A DNA stretch of 64,000 bases from Chthoniobacterales bacterium (lineage in GTDB: Bacteria > Verrucomicrobiota > Verrucomicrobiia > Chthoniobacterales > UBA10450), in the NCBI GenBank assembly GCA_035315805.1, contig DATFXN010000053.1, positions 25 to 64,024 of the forward strand. Direction: 5' to 3'. Within the stretch, counting starts at the first letter, position 1. Each line of letters begins with the position of its first letter. The translations under genes and the position numbers were made by a program. Positions 18,698 through 27,681 of the stretch are shown here, piece after piece. The notes under the pieces are model-generated. The model worked only from the letters and a program-made list of their open reading frames with translations. It was not told where the DNA came from and did not search any database.

Positions 18698-19867
18698 TCA
18701 GTACACGTCGCGCTTATAACGCTTCTCAGTCTTGAGTCGCTCGACGTAGGCGTTCGCTGCTTCCACCGATTTACCGCCTTGCTCCTGCACAATCTTGCGT
18801 AACGCAGCATCGACATCCTTCGCCATGCGGCGGGCGTCGCCACAGACAAAGAACTGTGCGCCTTCGCCGTCAATCCATTTCCAAATCTCGGCGGCGTGTT
18901 CGAGCAGCTTGTGCTGGACGTAAATCTTATGCGCCTGATCGCGCGACCAGGCGAGATCTAGCCGCGTCAAAAGTCCGTCGCGAGTGAAGCGTTCCCAATC
19001 TTCCTTGTAGGCGTAATCGCACTTCTCGCGTTGCGCGCCAAAGAAGAGCCAGTTCTTGCCTTTAGCCCCAAGCGCCTGTCGCTCCTGCAAGAATGCGCGG
19101 AACGGCGCGATCCCGGTTCCAGGGCCGATCATGATGAGCGGCGTGTCAGGATCCTCCGGCATGTGAAAATGTTTAGCCGAGCTGGGATAAACCGGTACCG
19201 GAACTTTGTCCGCGCGCTCCGCCAGAAAAGTCGAGCACACCCCTTTTCGCACCCGCCCGCGGCTTTCGTACTGCACGACATCGACAATGAGATGCACGCA
19301 ACTGGCAAAAACGCGCAGACTCGATGCAACCGAATAAAGCCGCGGCTGCAATTTGGTGAGGAGCGCGACAAATTCTGCGGGTGTGAATTTGGCCGAGGGA
19401 TGATCGAGCAAGAAATCGATGACCTCCGCACCCCAAAGATAATTTTCGAGATCGTGTTTGCGGTCCGGGTGCAACAACTCTTTCAACATCGGCGCGGCCA
19501 ACGCGCGTTCGCCAATCGCTTTCAAAAATTTCGGCGTCGGTTGGGTGATTGAGTAATCGCGCAGCAGCGCTTCCCGAAGCGGTTTCGTCGTTTTTGCGGC
19601 CGGCACGGGAGCATCACCTTTCGCGCCCAGCGCCCGAATGATTTCATCGACGAGCACGAGATCATTGGTGGGATAAATCGCCACCGAATCGCCCGGTTCA
19701 AAACTCAATCTCCAGCCGGTCAGGTCGATCTCGAAATGGCGTGTGTCTTTTTCCGAATCGACGGTACTTAGGCGACGATTGACGAGGAGTTTTCCGGGAA
19801 ACGGGTTTTGACGGGTCCATTGCGACGCGGGCGCGGCTGGTTTCGGTGGTGCCGTGACTTCCGACAT
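18698..19867 (-). CDS. CysJ-like FAD/NADPH-binding flavoprotein reductase (FNR-like module, no flavodoxin domain)
   Basis: RLYSVASS, GPGTGIAPFRAF, FFVCGDARRMAKDV, C-terminal ..RDVY, typical of the sulfite reductase alpha / CPR FNR domain. Confidence 0.85.
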   Translation of the reverse strand: MSEVTAPPKPAAPASQWTRQNPFPGKLLVNRRLSTVDSEKDTRHFEIDLTGWRLSFEPGDSVAIYPTNDLVLVDEIIRALGAKGDAPVPAAKTTKPLREALLRDYSITQPTPKFLKAIGERALAAPMLKELLHPDRKHDLENYLWGAEVIDFLLDHPSAKFTPAEFVALLTKLQPRLYSVASSLRVFASCVHLIVDVVQYESRGRVRKGVCSTFLAERADKVPVPVYPSSAKHFHMPEDPDTPLIMIGPGTGIAPFRAFLQERQALGAKGKNWLFFGAQREKCDYAYKEDWERFTRDGLLTRLDLAWSRDQAHKIYVQHKLLEHAAEIWKWIDGEGAQFFVCGDARRMAKDVDAALRKIVQEQGGKSVEAANAYVERLKTEKRYKRDVY

Positions 19868-19918
19868 GGTGACTTCTGTAGCGGCGGTCTATGACCGTCG
19901 CAAATTTTTCTTCAAACG

Positions 19919-19929
19919 ATGTCGATCTA
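19919..19929 (+). repeat. intergenic copy of the word (ATGTCGATCTA variant); overlaps the stop codon of the pseudogene fragment
   Basis: exact string match. Confidence 0.9.
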
Positions 19930-20150
19930 AATACACGTCTCGTTGTAGCGTTTGTCGGCTTTCAGTTTCTCAACATATTTGTTGGTCTGTTCTTCGGTTT
20001 TGCCGCCTTTTTCCTGAATAATCTTCCGAAGCGCGGCGTCGACTATCACAACGGCGTGCTCGTCGGGGCGATTGGCATTAGCGGCGAGGGCGTCCATCAG
20101 AACGACATCGTCGGCGCCTCGGGCACAGACGATTTTTCTCGCGCCAGACG
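19927..20150 (-). pseudogene. 3'-terminal relic of a second cysJ-like gene
   Basis: Minus-strand translation ..KIVCARGADDVVLMDALAANANRPDEHAVVIVDAALRKIIQEKGGKTEEQTNKYVEKLKADKRYNETCI* aligns with the C-terminus of the adjacent intact gene (..FFVCGDARRMAKDVDAALRKIVQEQGGKSVEAANAYVERLKTEKRYKRDVY*), 23/38 identical over the last 38 residues. There is no upstream reading frame. Confidence 0.6.
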
Positions 20151-20225
20151 CGATCCGCTCCGATCAATTCAGTTTCCGCGGGACCCGCCTGCCGTACGCA
20201 AAATTTCCGCGCGATCCGGGAATCT

Positions 20226-20236
20226 AAGATCGACAT
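20226..20236 (-). repeat. intergenic copy of the word (AAGATCGACAT), inverted relative to the copy at 19919
   Basis: exact string match. Confidence 0.9.
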
Positions 20237-20316
20237 CGCCCTCCGTTCGACTCGCTTCGCTCCGTCAGGACAGGCTTGCGTTCGCGCGAATCTCGTGCGC
20301 GTGTTCTCGCGCGCAC

Positions 20317-21732
20317 ATGGCTGAACCGATTGACCGCACCGCCAATCAATATGAGTCACCGGTCGGGCAGCGTCCGGAAATTACCGGAGCGGTAATTCCG
20401 CGGGCGCCGCGTCATGATCCGTATGCCGCGTTTCGTTCGCGCGGCTTCCGGTTTTTCACGACCGGCAATTTATTGTCGCTCACGGGCCGACAAATGCTGG
20501 CCGTCGCGGTCGAGTGGGAAATCTATCGGCGCACCCATTCGGCGACAGCGCTCGGATTGGTCGGACTGGTCTTCGCGATTCCAATCGTCGGGTTGTCGCT
20601 GCCGGCGGGTCATCTGGCTGATCGGGTCAGCCGCAAACATATCGTTCTGATCTCGCAAATTTTTAGCGCGATCACATCTGCGCTGCTGGCCCTCGTTTCG
20701 TGGCTGCATCTCAACATCCCGCAAATATCGATCTTGCGTGCGTGCAATCACGGCCTGAGCGCCGTCGCGGGCCTGTTCGAGCAACATCAGCGAACGTTTC
20801 AATTCAACGATGCGTCGATTCCACTCATCTACTTGTTGCTCTTTCTCGGCGCGATTGCCCGAACATTTTCCTGGGCCGCGCGCAGCTCATTTTTCCCAAC
20901 GCTAATTCCGCGCGACGCTTTCTCGAATGCCGTGACCTGGAACAACAGTGTGTTTCAGATCGGATCGGTTGTCGGACCGGCGTTAAGCGGATTTGTGGTA
21001 GCACACCGCGGTTTTCCAATCGTTTACATGATCGACGCGGTGACAGCGTTCGTATTTTTTCTGCTTGTGCTGCCGGTCCCGCGCGGGCCACAAATTCGCC
21101 GCACCCAGCAGAGCACCTGGCGCAGCTTGGCCGCCGGCGCGAAGTTCGTGTTCAGCAAGAAAGTGATTCTGGCGACGATCACGCTCGATCTCTTCGCTGT
21201 CTTGTTAGGCGGGGCGGTCGCGTTGCTTCCGATTTTTGCCGACCAAATTTTGCACCGCGGGTCGGTTGGGCTCGGTTGGATGCGCGCCGCGCCGGCCATT
21301 GGCGCGTTCGCGATGGCGTTGATCGTCGCTTATTTGCCGCCGATGCGCGACGCAGGCAAAACACTTCTTTGGTGCGTGACCGGTTTTGGAATCGCCACTA
21401 TTATCTTTGGTCTGTCGAAAGCGCTCTGGCTTTCATTGCTGATGTTGTTTCTCGCGGGAGCGCTGGACAGCGTGAGCGTAATTATTCGCGGTTCGATCGT
21501 TCAACTCGTGACGCCCGATGAAATGCGCGGCCGCGTTTCGGCGGTGAACAATATTTTCATTGGCACATCGAACGAGTTCGGCGCCCTCGAGTCCGGACTG
21601 ACGGCCGCGCTGTTTGGTCCAGTGATTTCAGTCGTGGGTGGGGGGATCGGGACGATTCTGGTTGTGATTGGCTCCGCATTTAAGTGGCCGGAGATTCGCA
21701 AGATCGGCGCGCTCGACCGAAATTTGAGGTAA
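20317..21732 (+). CDS. MFS transporter
   Basis: About 12 TM helices; MFS signature-like LPAGHLADRVSRK. Start at the internal ATG (MAEPIDRT..), because the 5' extension of the ORF is antisense to the cysJ relic. Confidence 0.8.
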   Translation: MAEPIDRTANQYESPVGQRPEITGAVIPRAPRHDPYAAFRSRGFRFFTTGNLLSLTGRQMLAVAVEWEIYRRTHSATALGLVGLVFAIPIVGLSLPAGHLADRVSRKHIVLISQIFSAITSALLALVSWLHLNIPQISILRACNHGLSAVAGLFEQHQRTFQFNDASIPLIYLLLFLGAIARTFSWAARSSFFPTLIPRDAFSNAVTWNNSVFQIGSVVGPALSGFVVAHRGFPIVYMIDAVTAFVFFLLVLPVPRGPQIRRTQQSTWRSLAAGAKFVFSKKVILATITLDLFAVLLGGAVALLPIFADQILHRGSVGLGWMRAAPAIGAFAMALIVAYLPPMRDAGKTLLWCVTGFGIATIIFGLSKALWLSLLMLFLAGALDSVSVIIRGSIVQLVTPDEMRGRVSAVNNIFIGTSNEFGALESGLTAALFGPVISVVGGGIGTILVVIGSAFKWPEIRKIGALDRNLR

Positions 21733-21741
21733 GATCGACAT
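21731..21741 (-). repeat. copy of the word overlapping the MFS TAA stop and ending 1 nt before the GTG start of the next gene
   Basis: exact string match (gTAAGATCGACATcGTG). Confidence 0.9.
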
Positions 21742-21742
21742 C

Positions 21743-22537
21743 GTGAAAATCGCGGCTGCTCAGATTTCCTGCGCGCTCGGAGATTTCGATGCGAACCTGC
21801 GGAAGGTTTGTGATTTCGCCGCCCTGGCGAAAAAAACCGAAGCGGAGCTCGTGGTCTTTCCGGAGATGATCGACACCGGTTATTCGATGCCAGTGATTGA
21901 AAAACATGCGAGAAAGTGGAACGAGGGCGCGGCGCCTCAATTGCAAAAAATCGCACGGGAAAATTCTATCCGCATCGTTGCCGGAATTTCGGATCGGGAA
22001 GGCGACTCGATTTTCAATTCGCAGGTCTTGGTGAATTCAAAAGGGGAGATCGTTGCGAAATACCGCAAGACTCATCTCGTTACTGCCGCACCGCTTGACG
22101 AGCGCGTCTGTCTTTCTGCGGGAAACGAATTCGTGACCTGCAAGGTCGGGAACTTCAACGTCGGACTTAGCATCTGTTACGATCTGCGTTTTCCGGAAAT
22201 GGCGCGCACGCTTGTTGTGAAGCACGGCGTGAACGCGATTGTGAATTCTTCTGCGTGGCCCGTCGTGCGCGCAGAGCATTTGCGGATCCTTGGCCTTGCG
22301 CGAGCGGTTGAAAATCAGAGCTACTTCATCATCGCTAATCGCGTCGGGACGGATGATGGGGTCACGTTCTGCGGTTCTTCGCTGGTTGTCGATCCGTCGG
22401 GAAAAATTCTTGCGGCAGCTTCGGCCGATCGCGAAGAACTGATTTACGGCGACATTTCGGACAAGGTCACTTCTGACGTGCGCAAGGTTGTTCGCGCGTT
22501 TGATCATCGCCGGGCCGAGTTGTACAAAGTGAATTGA
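21743..22537 (+). CDS. carbon-nitrogen hydrolase (nitrilase superfamily) protein
   Basis: Glu-Lys-Cys triad context: LVVFPEM, YRKTHL, LSICYDLRFPE. Confidence 0.85.
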   Translation: MKIAAAQISCALGDFDANLRKVCDFAALAKKTEAELVVFPEMIDTGYSMPVIEKHARKWNEGAAPQLQKIARENSIRIVAGISDREGDSIFNSQVLVNSKGEIVAKYRKTHLVTAAPLDERVCLSAGNEFVTCKVGNFNVGLSICYDLRFPEMARTLVVKHGVNAIVNSSAWPVVRAEHLRILGLARAVENQSYFIIANRVGTDDGVTFCGSSLVVDPSGKILAAASADREELIYGDISDKVTSDVRKVVRAFDHRRAELYKVN

Positions 22538-22572
22538 AACCAATGGTGTTCACGGGTGCGATTCAATATTGG

Positions 22573-22953
22573 ATGAAAATCAATCAGATCTGTCTGGCTC
22601 TCGTGCTCGCGGTGGCGCCGTGTTGCTGGGCCGAGGATTCCACCCCGCAACAGGTGTTCGACGCGATGCGCCAAAGTTTTCGGGCCGACAAAGCCAGGGG
22701 TGTGCACGCGAAGTACCAATGGGAACTAAGCGGACCAAATGGCGGCCAATGGTGGATCGATGTCGAGGACGGCACCTATAAAATGGGACACGGCAAGATC
22801 GACAATCCAAGCGTTACCTTCATTACCAGCGACAACGATTGGGTCGCGATGTCGAACGGCAAACTCAAAGGGACCTGGGCATACATGACTGGCCGGCTGA
22901 AAGTACACGGCAGTCAATCGATCGCCCGAAAGCTAGACGAGATTTTCCCTTAG
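22573..22953 (+). CDS. secreted SCP2 sterol-binding-domain protein
   Basis: Signal peptide MKINQICLALVLAVAPCCWA; SCP2-like ..WVAMSNGKLKGTWAYMTGRLKVHGSQSIARKL. Confidence 0.65.
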   Translation: MKINQICLALVLAVAPCCWAEDSTPQQVFDAMRQSFRADKARGVHAKYQWELSGPNGGQWWIDVEDGTYKMGHGKIDNPSVTFITSDNDWVAMSNGKLKGTWAYMTGRLKVHGSQSIARKLDEIFP

Positions 22954-23903
22954 AACTTCGCTTCGACCGCGACTCGACCGTAAGGCGCGGGATCTGACTT
23001 CACGCTCGCTTCGGCGCGGAAGAAATCAAAATCGCGTTCGATCGTGGCGCCGACATCCAGCGTGATGTCGAACGGTTTGAAATGCGAATAAGTCACCTGT
23101 ACGCCGACGCGTTTCTCGCTGTACTGCACCACCGGGTCGTGAACTCGAAGCTTCCGCGCCGGCGTGATGACGTCGTCGGTCCGGTAGCTCTCGTAGAACA
23201 AATTGCCGGCGATACGAAATTCCCAGTCGTCATTTGGATTGTAAACGAGAGCAGGTTTGGGAAAGACGCCTTCGAGTCGGAGATGATCGGTAAAGAGCCA
23301 GATTATTCCGCCGCCCGGGGCCACGACTGGATTTTGGTTAATGGCGCCGCCGGCTCCGATGACGCCAAAAATCTTGTCCTTTTTTAAGGGAAAGGTGACC
23401 CAAACCTTCCAGGGAATGTCAAAGGCATCGCCGTTGGCGTGATCTTCAAAATAAACGCCGGGATCAAGCTCGACCCCCGCGCCGGCATGATCGTGCACGA
23501 TGTATTCGTAGGCGAGGAGCGCGTGAATGGTTTGCAAATGATCGGGTAATCCATTGTTGTCACCTACGAGCAAGCCCGTTGGAGATAAATGATTATGCCC
23601 ATTGTCGCCGCCAAAATCGAACCGCTCATATTCGGCGCCGAGGCGCAAATACCAATTGCCGGTAATCAAGAATCGATGGGAATAGCTAATGTCGTTGTAG
23701 AGCGAGTCGCCGTCCCCGAACTTGCCGTTGTAGTGCTTGAAATCGCTGTTTCCGGTGTAGACGGTCTCGTAGTCAAAGATGTTGAGGTGGTTTGCCTCCT
23801 CGGTCGGGGACGGTGCCGGCTGTAATTCGAGAGCGGGCCCGGCAAACGCGGACGAGACAAGGGTAAGCAAAGCGGCGGTTAAGGCGAGGTAAAGGCGATT
23901 CAT
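22950..23903 (-). CDS. outer-membrane beta-barrel protein
   Basis: Signal peptide MNRLYLALTAALLTLVSSAFA; alternating beta-strand pattern; C-terminal ..VAVEAKF (terminal Phe). Confidence 0.6.
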   Translation of the reverse strand: MNRLYLALTAALLTLVSSAFAGPALELQPAPSPTEEANHLNIFDYETVYTGNSDFKHYNGKFGDGDSLYNDISYSHRFLITGNWYLRLGAEYERFDFGGDNGHNHLSPTGLLVGDNNGLPDHLQTIHALLAYEYIVHDHAGAGVELDPGVYFEDHANGDAFDIPWKVWVTFPLKKDKIFGVIGAGGAINQNPVVAPGGGIIWLFTDHLRLEGVFPKPALVYNPNDDWEFRIAGNLFYESYRTDDVITPARKLRVHDPVVQYSEKRVGVQVTYSHFKPFDITLDVGATIERDFDFFRAEASVKSDPAPYGRVAVEAKF

Positions 23904-23924
23904 AGTTTTTTGGGCGAATGATCG

Positions 23925-23935
23925 TTGTCGATCTT
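23925..23935 (+). repeat. intergenic copy of the word; shares the 16-mer TGTCGATCTTGTATTC with the copy at 55590
   Basis: exact string match, 22 nt upstream of the OMP start. Confidence 0.9.
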
Positions 23936-24051
23936 GTATTCGTATCAGCAAGCCAATCCTCGTGTATCTCATTCCAAATTCTTAAGCAAGGCCAATTTAG
24001 CAAGGCCTGGTCCGACCATTTGGGCCGGCGTTTTTTTGGATTTGACCCCGA

Positions 24052-24789
24052 ATGCTTTCGGGGGTTGACTGGCGTCCGACTTGCTCTAATGTGCACGGCT
24101 CTTTTGTGACAAATCCCCCACTCGCCCTAGCCAACCCGTTCGCCGGAATCGATCAGGGCATCGCCTTTTGGTTTCATAATCACCTGACGACTGCGTTTGT
24201 CAGCGTGCTCCGAGGAATCACTGAGTTCGGCTCGAGCGAATGGATCGCCACCGTTCTTTCGGTCGCCGTCCTGTTTTTTATTTTTAAACGCTGGTGGACC
24301 TCGCTCGTGATCATGGTTGTGGCCGTTCCGGGCGGAATGCTCTTGAACGAGTGGCTGAAACTGCTGGTGCATCGACATCGTCCGTTCGTGGACGGTTGGT
24401 TTGTGGACTGGTCGGGTTACAGCTTTGCCAGCGGTCATACCATTGGCGCTACATTGCTCTATGGTCAGCTCGCTTTGTTCTTAATTCCGGTTGTGAAGAG
24501 TCGCCAGGCTCGCGCATTGGTTCTTTCCGCGGCGACCTTGGTCATTGTGCTCGTCGGCTTCAGCCGCATCGCTCTTGGCGCGCATTACTTGACCGACGTG
24601 ATAGGAGGAATGTTTCTCGGCTCGACTTGGCTGACGTTTTGCGGGTTTGTCTCGCGACCATTTCGGCGAGCTGTTCTGCCGCCGGTTATTGCTGACGCGC
24701 TGCCAGAAGTAGCGCCAGAACTGCTACCGATTCTAGTTCCGGTGGAGACTGAGGTTCCAGTCGTTTCGGCTTCAAATCCGCTGATCTAG
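24052..24789 (+). CDS. PAP2-family (acid/lipid phosphate) phosphatase
   Basis: KLLVHRHRP .. SGH .. SRIALGAHYLTD tripartite PAP2 motif; 5-6 TM helices. Confidence 0.8.
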   Translation: MLSGVDWRPTCSNVHGSFVTNPPLALANPFAGIDQGIAFWFHNHLTTAFVSVLRGITEFGSSEWIATVLSVAVLFFIFKRWWTSLVIMVVAVPGGMLLNEWLKLLVHRHRPFVDGWFVDWSGYSFASGHTIGATLLYGQLALFLIPVVKSRQARALVLSAATLVIVLVGFSRIALGAHYLTDVIGGMFLGSTWLTFCGFVSRPFRRAVLPPVIADALPEVAPELLPILVPVETEVPVVSASNPLI

Positions 24790-24871
24790 CGCTTTCTTTC
24801 CAGCCACGGACGCGCGTAGCGTTTCGTGCTAGCGTCGTGATCGAATCCGGTCACGAACCGGTCTTCGAACA

Positions 24872-25879
24872 ATGAAAGTTCCGAGCAGGGTCCGTTTAAC
24901 TTTTTATCTGCTCGCGTTTGCGGGCGCGACGCTTTTCACAGCATTGCTGATTCGCGAAGGCGCGCCACAAATTGGGAAAGCGGTCGCAACCGCCGGCTGG
25001 GCAATCCTCGGTGTCGTCGCCTACCATTTGTGCGTTCCGGTTTTTCTCGATGCCGTTGCCTGGTGGATTCTTTTTCCGAAAAATGATCGTCTCCCGCTAC
25101 AAAGAATTTTTTGGATGCGTTGGATCGGCGAATCGGTCAGCACCTTAGTACCGTCGGCGGCGGTTGGCGGCGATATCGTTCGCGCTCGTTTGGCGGCGAT
25201 CCACGGAGCGCCGGTGCCCGTCGCGGCCGGGACAGTGCTTGTCGATCTAACGCTCGGCGTTTTCACGCAGGCCACTTTCACCCTGCTCGGAGTAATTCTG
25301 CTCGTTCACGCGACCGGGGAGCGAAGTTTTGTCGGCCCGACCGTGATTGGGACGCTCATCGGCGTTGCCGCAGTCTGTGGATTTTATTTTGTTCAACGTC
25401 TGGGAATGTTTCGTTTTCTTGCTCGCATGATCGCGAAGCTGGCGAATTCGCCCGAGTGGCAATCGCTTGTGCAAGGCGGCGAAACTTTGGACCAAACCGT
25501 GCGTACTCTTTACGCGCGGCGAGACGCCGTGATCGGATGTTGTGTCTGGACAATTCTCTCGCTGATTTTGAATTCCGGAGAAATCTGGATCGCGCTGCGC
25601 GCGCTCAACCTGAACGCGACGATAATGAGTGCGATCATTCTGCAAAGCACCGTGTTGACTGTTCGCAATGTCGCCTTTGCTGTTCCCAGCGGAATCGGCG
25701 TTCAAGAGGGCGGCTACGTTTTTGTCGGGAGTCTTCTCGGAATTCCGGGCGACACAGCTTTCGCGCTGTCTCTGATTGCGAGAGTGCGCGAACTCGGTCT
25801 TGGAATTCCAGGGCTTATTTGCTGGCAACTGATCGAGGGCCGGCGTTTGCTGCGGGCAGGAACTGAACCAGCCTCGTGA
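24872..25879 (+). CDS. flippase-like / lysyl-PG-synthase-TM-domain family membrane protein
   Basis: Eight TM helices; ..SAAVGGDIVRARL.. and ..PSGIGVQEGGYV.. typical of the TIGR00374-type family (recalled). Confidence 0.6.
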   Translation: MKVPSRVRLTFYLLAFAGATLFTALLIREGAPQIGKAVATAGWAILGVVAYHLCVPVFLDAVAWWILFPKNDRLPLQRIFWMRWIGESVSTLVPSAAVGGDIVRARLAAIHGAPVPVAAGTVLVDLTLGVFTQATFTLLGVILLVHATGERSFVGPTVIGTLIGVAAVCGFYFVQRLGMFRFLARMIAKLANSPEWQSLVQGGETLDQTVRTLYARRDAVIGCCVWTILSLILNSGEIWIALRALNLNATIMSAIILQSTVLTVRNVAFAVPSGIGVQEGGYVFVGSLLGIPGDTAFALSLIARVRELGLGIPGLICWQLIEGRRLLRAGTEPAS

Positions 25880-26742
25880 AGTTTTAATTTGGCGATCGCG
25901 CGACTTAAGTTTGCCAGGCGCCGCTTGACCGTGGCCGGGTAGGTGAAATTCGTGCGCACTCCCCACCAGATCCAGGCCAAACCGCCCGGGAGGTCGAGCT
26001 GTTTTCTGAGTTGAACGATTACTTCCCTGTCACCGTAGGCTTCGAGAAACGTCGTCGCGAATGGAATCCAGCATCGGCCGGGCACGGTTCCCACCATGTC
26101 GAGTAGAAAGACAAGCAAATCGTCGGCCTGCCGCGCCGCGGTCGAGAGTTCCTTCTCGTGAACGATCTCAAAATCGATCAGCCGCGCCTGATTCGTGGTC
26201 GAATCGTAAAGAACATTTTGGCTGCTGCCATCGCCGTGCGACCATCGACCGCGGAAGTTATCGCTCCAGAATTGATGGGCGCGCCGGAACTCCGCCGCCG
26301 CCGCCCGCAGCATTCGACGGGTGACTGTGCCGCGCTTCAGATGTTCCCATAAGCTTTCGCCTGGAATTTTCTGGGCAACGACACACCGCTTACCCGAAGC
26401 ATAAGCGCGAAAACGATCGCCGTTGAGCATTCGAAAGCACTTCACTTCCCAGCGCTGCCACTCTTCCACCTTACTCCAAAAACGGATCGGAATGTCGGCG
26501 ACCCGGAAATACAGATTGGTCAGCTCCGACAATTGCTCGGCGTGAAGATTGCGTCGCTTCACCACAAAGGTGCGGCCGCGCTGGACTCTTTCCGAGATTG
26601 AGTTGATCGCGATCGACTCGACCAGTCGTGTCGCCACGTCGGTCAATCCGCTTTGCACGATGCTTTCCACGAACGAAGTGCCGTTGCCAAAAATCCCCAT
26701 TCTCACTTTCTTCTTCGACGGCTTTGACGCGGTTCGCTTCAA
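25714..26742 (-). CDS. Kdo/WaaP-like (protein-kinase-fold) lipopolysaccharide kinase family protein
   Basis: Catalytic loop WSHGDGSSQNVLY and LIDFE. The last ~55 aa are low-complexity and overlap the convergent gene by 166 nt, so the 3' end is doubtful. Confidence 0.55.
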   Translation of the reverse strand: MKRTASKPSKKKVRMGIFGNGTSFVESIVQSGLTDVATRLVESIAINSISERVQRGRTFVVKRRNLHAEQLSELTNLYFRVADIPIRFWSKVEEWQRWEVKCFRMLNGDRFRAYASGKRCVVAQKIPGESLWEHLKRGTVTRRMLRAAAAEFRRAHQFWSDNFRGRWSHGDGSSQNVLYDSTTNQARLIDFEIVHEKELSTAARQADDLLVFLLDMVGTVPGRCWIPFATTFLEAYGDREVIVQLRKQLDLPGGLAWIWWGVRTNFTYPATVKRRLANLSRAIAKLKLHEAGSVPARSKRRPSISCQQISPGIPRPSSRTLAIRDSAKAVSPGIPRRLPTKT

Positions 26743-26758
26743 ACTTCGCCGTTGCAGT

Positions 26759-27511
26759 TCAGACTGTAATCGTCTGTCCGACGTTCATTACGCGTAACTC
26801 ACATTTCACGCCGCGTTTCTTTAATTCTTCCTCGAATGCTTTCGGCGTTCCAGTCAGCACTGGGAACGTAGCATAGTGCATCGGTACTACCGTCTTTGGT
26901 CCTACGAGTTTGACCGCGTCCGCGGCTCGAGCCGTTCCCATTGTGAAATGATCGCCGATGCAAACGAGCATGATGTCGATCTTATTGTAATCGGCGACGC
27001 GTGCGATGTCGGAAAAAAATCCGGTATCGCCGGTATGATAAATGGTTGGACCGTTGCGAATGCCGATGACGAGACCAGTTGGCATGCCCGCGGGAACCGG
27101 CGGGGCATTTTCGTCTTTTCGCACGGTCGATCCATGCCACGCGGGAACAAAACAAACCGTCAACTCGCCATCGAGCAGCATCAGCTCTCCGCCAATGTGA
27201 CCGGTCGTGTCCACGCCTGCCTGATCGCTCGGGTAACCAAGCACGCTCACAACTGCGGCCGACAGGTCGAAGTTCGCAACCAGCTTCGCGCCCGTTTTTT
27301 TACCAATCTCAACCGCATTGCCGACATGATCGGAGTGGCCGTGCGACAGCAAGATAAGATCGACATTCTTGAGCGCCGCCAGTTCCTCCTTGCCTTTGTC
27401 AAAAACAGGATTGGTCAGCCACGGATCAGTTAGAAGAGTTTTTCCGCCCGGCGTGACGATTTTAAAACCGGACTGGCCGTACCAGGTGAGCTGCGTCGGC
27501 ATAACGAGCAT
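26759..27511 (-). CDS. UPF0173-family metal-dependent hydrolase (MBL fold)
   Basis: TWYGQSGFKI..LTDPW..ILLSHGHSDHVGN..PMHYATFP. Confidence 0.85.
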   Translation of the reverse strand: MLVMPTQLTWYGQSGFKIVTPGGKTLLTDPWLTNPVFDKGKEELAALKNVDLILLSHGHSDHVGNAVEIGKKTGAKLVANFDLSAAVVSVLGYPSDQAGVDTTGHIGGELMLLDGELTVCFVPAWHGSTVRKDENAPPVPAGMPTGLVIGIRNGPTIYHTGDTGFFSDIARVADYNKIDIMLVCIGDHFTMGTARAADAVKLVGPKTVVPMHYATFPVLTGTPKAFEEELKKRGVKCELRVMNVGQTITV

Positions 27512-27575
27512 GAAAGCGAAAACCCCGTCACGGGCAACACCGATAATGGCGAACGACGAACGTCAAAGCTCGCAG

Positions 27576-27659
27576 GAATGACGAAATCCGAATGACGAAT
27601 TCCTATCCTACATTCGTCGTTTGAGCATTCGGACTTCCCTTCGGTGTTAGACATTCGTC
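27576..27659. promoter_or_regulatory. cluster of GACGAAT / ATTCGTC repeats in a divergent promoter region
   Basis: GAATGACGAA at 27576 and 27590 (14-bp period); ACATTCGTC at 27610 and 27651; palindrome GACGAAT-N11-ATTCGTC at 27594-27618. Confidence 0.5.
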
Positions 27660-27681
27660 ACTGGTCATTTTAAATAGGCGC

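Noticed and set aside
19891-20316. N-terminal 142 codons of the 613-aa MFS ORF
   Set aside because: This part has no TM or MFS features. It is antisense to the cysJ-like relic, which explains the open frame. The MFS body starts at ATG 20317.
20700-21521. 273-aa plus-strand ORF inside the MFS gene
   Set aside because: It is an alternate frame of a well-supported transporter gene, with Arg-rich nonsense composition.
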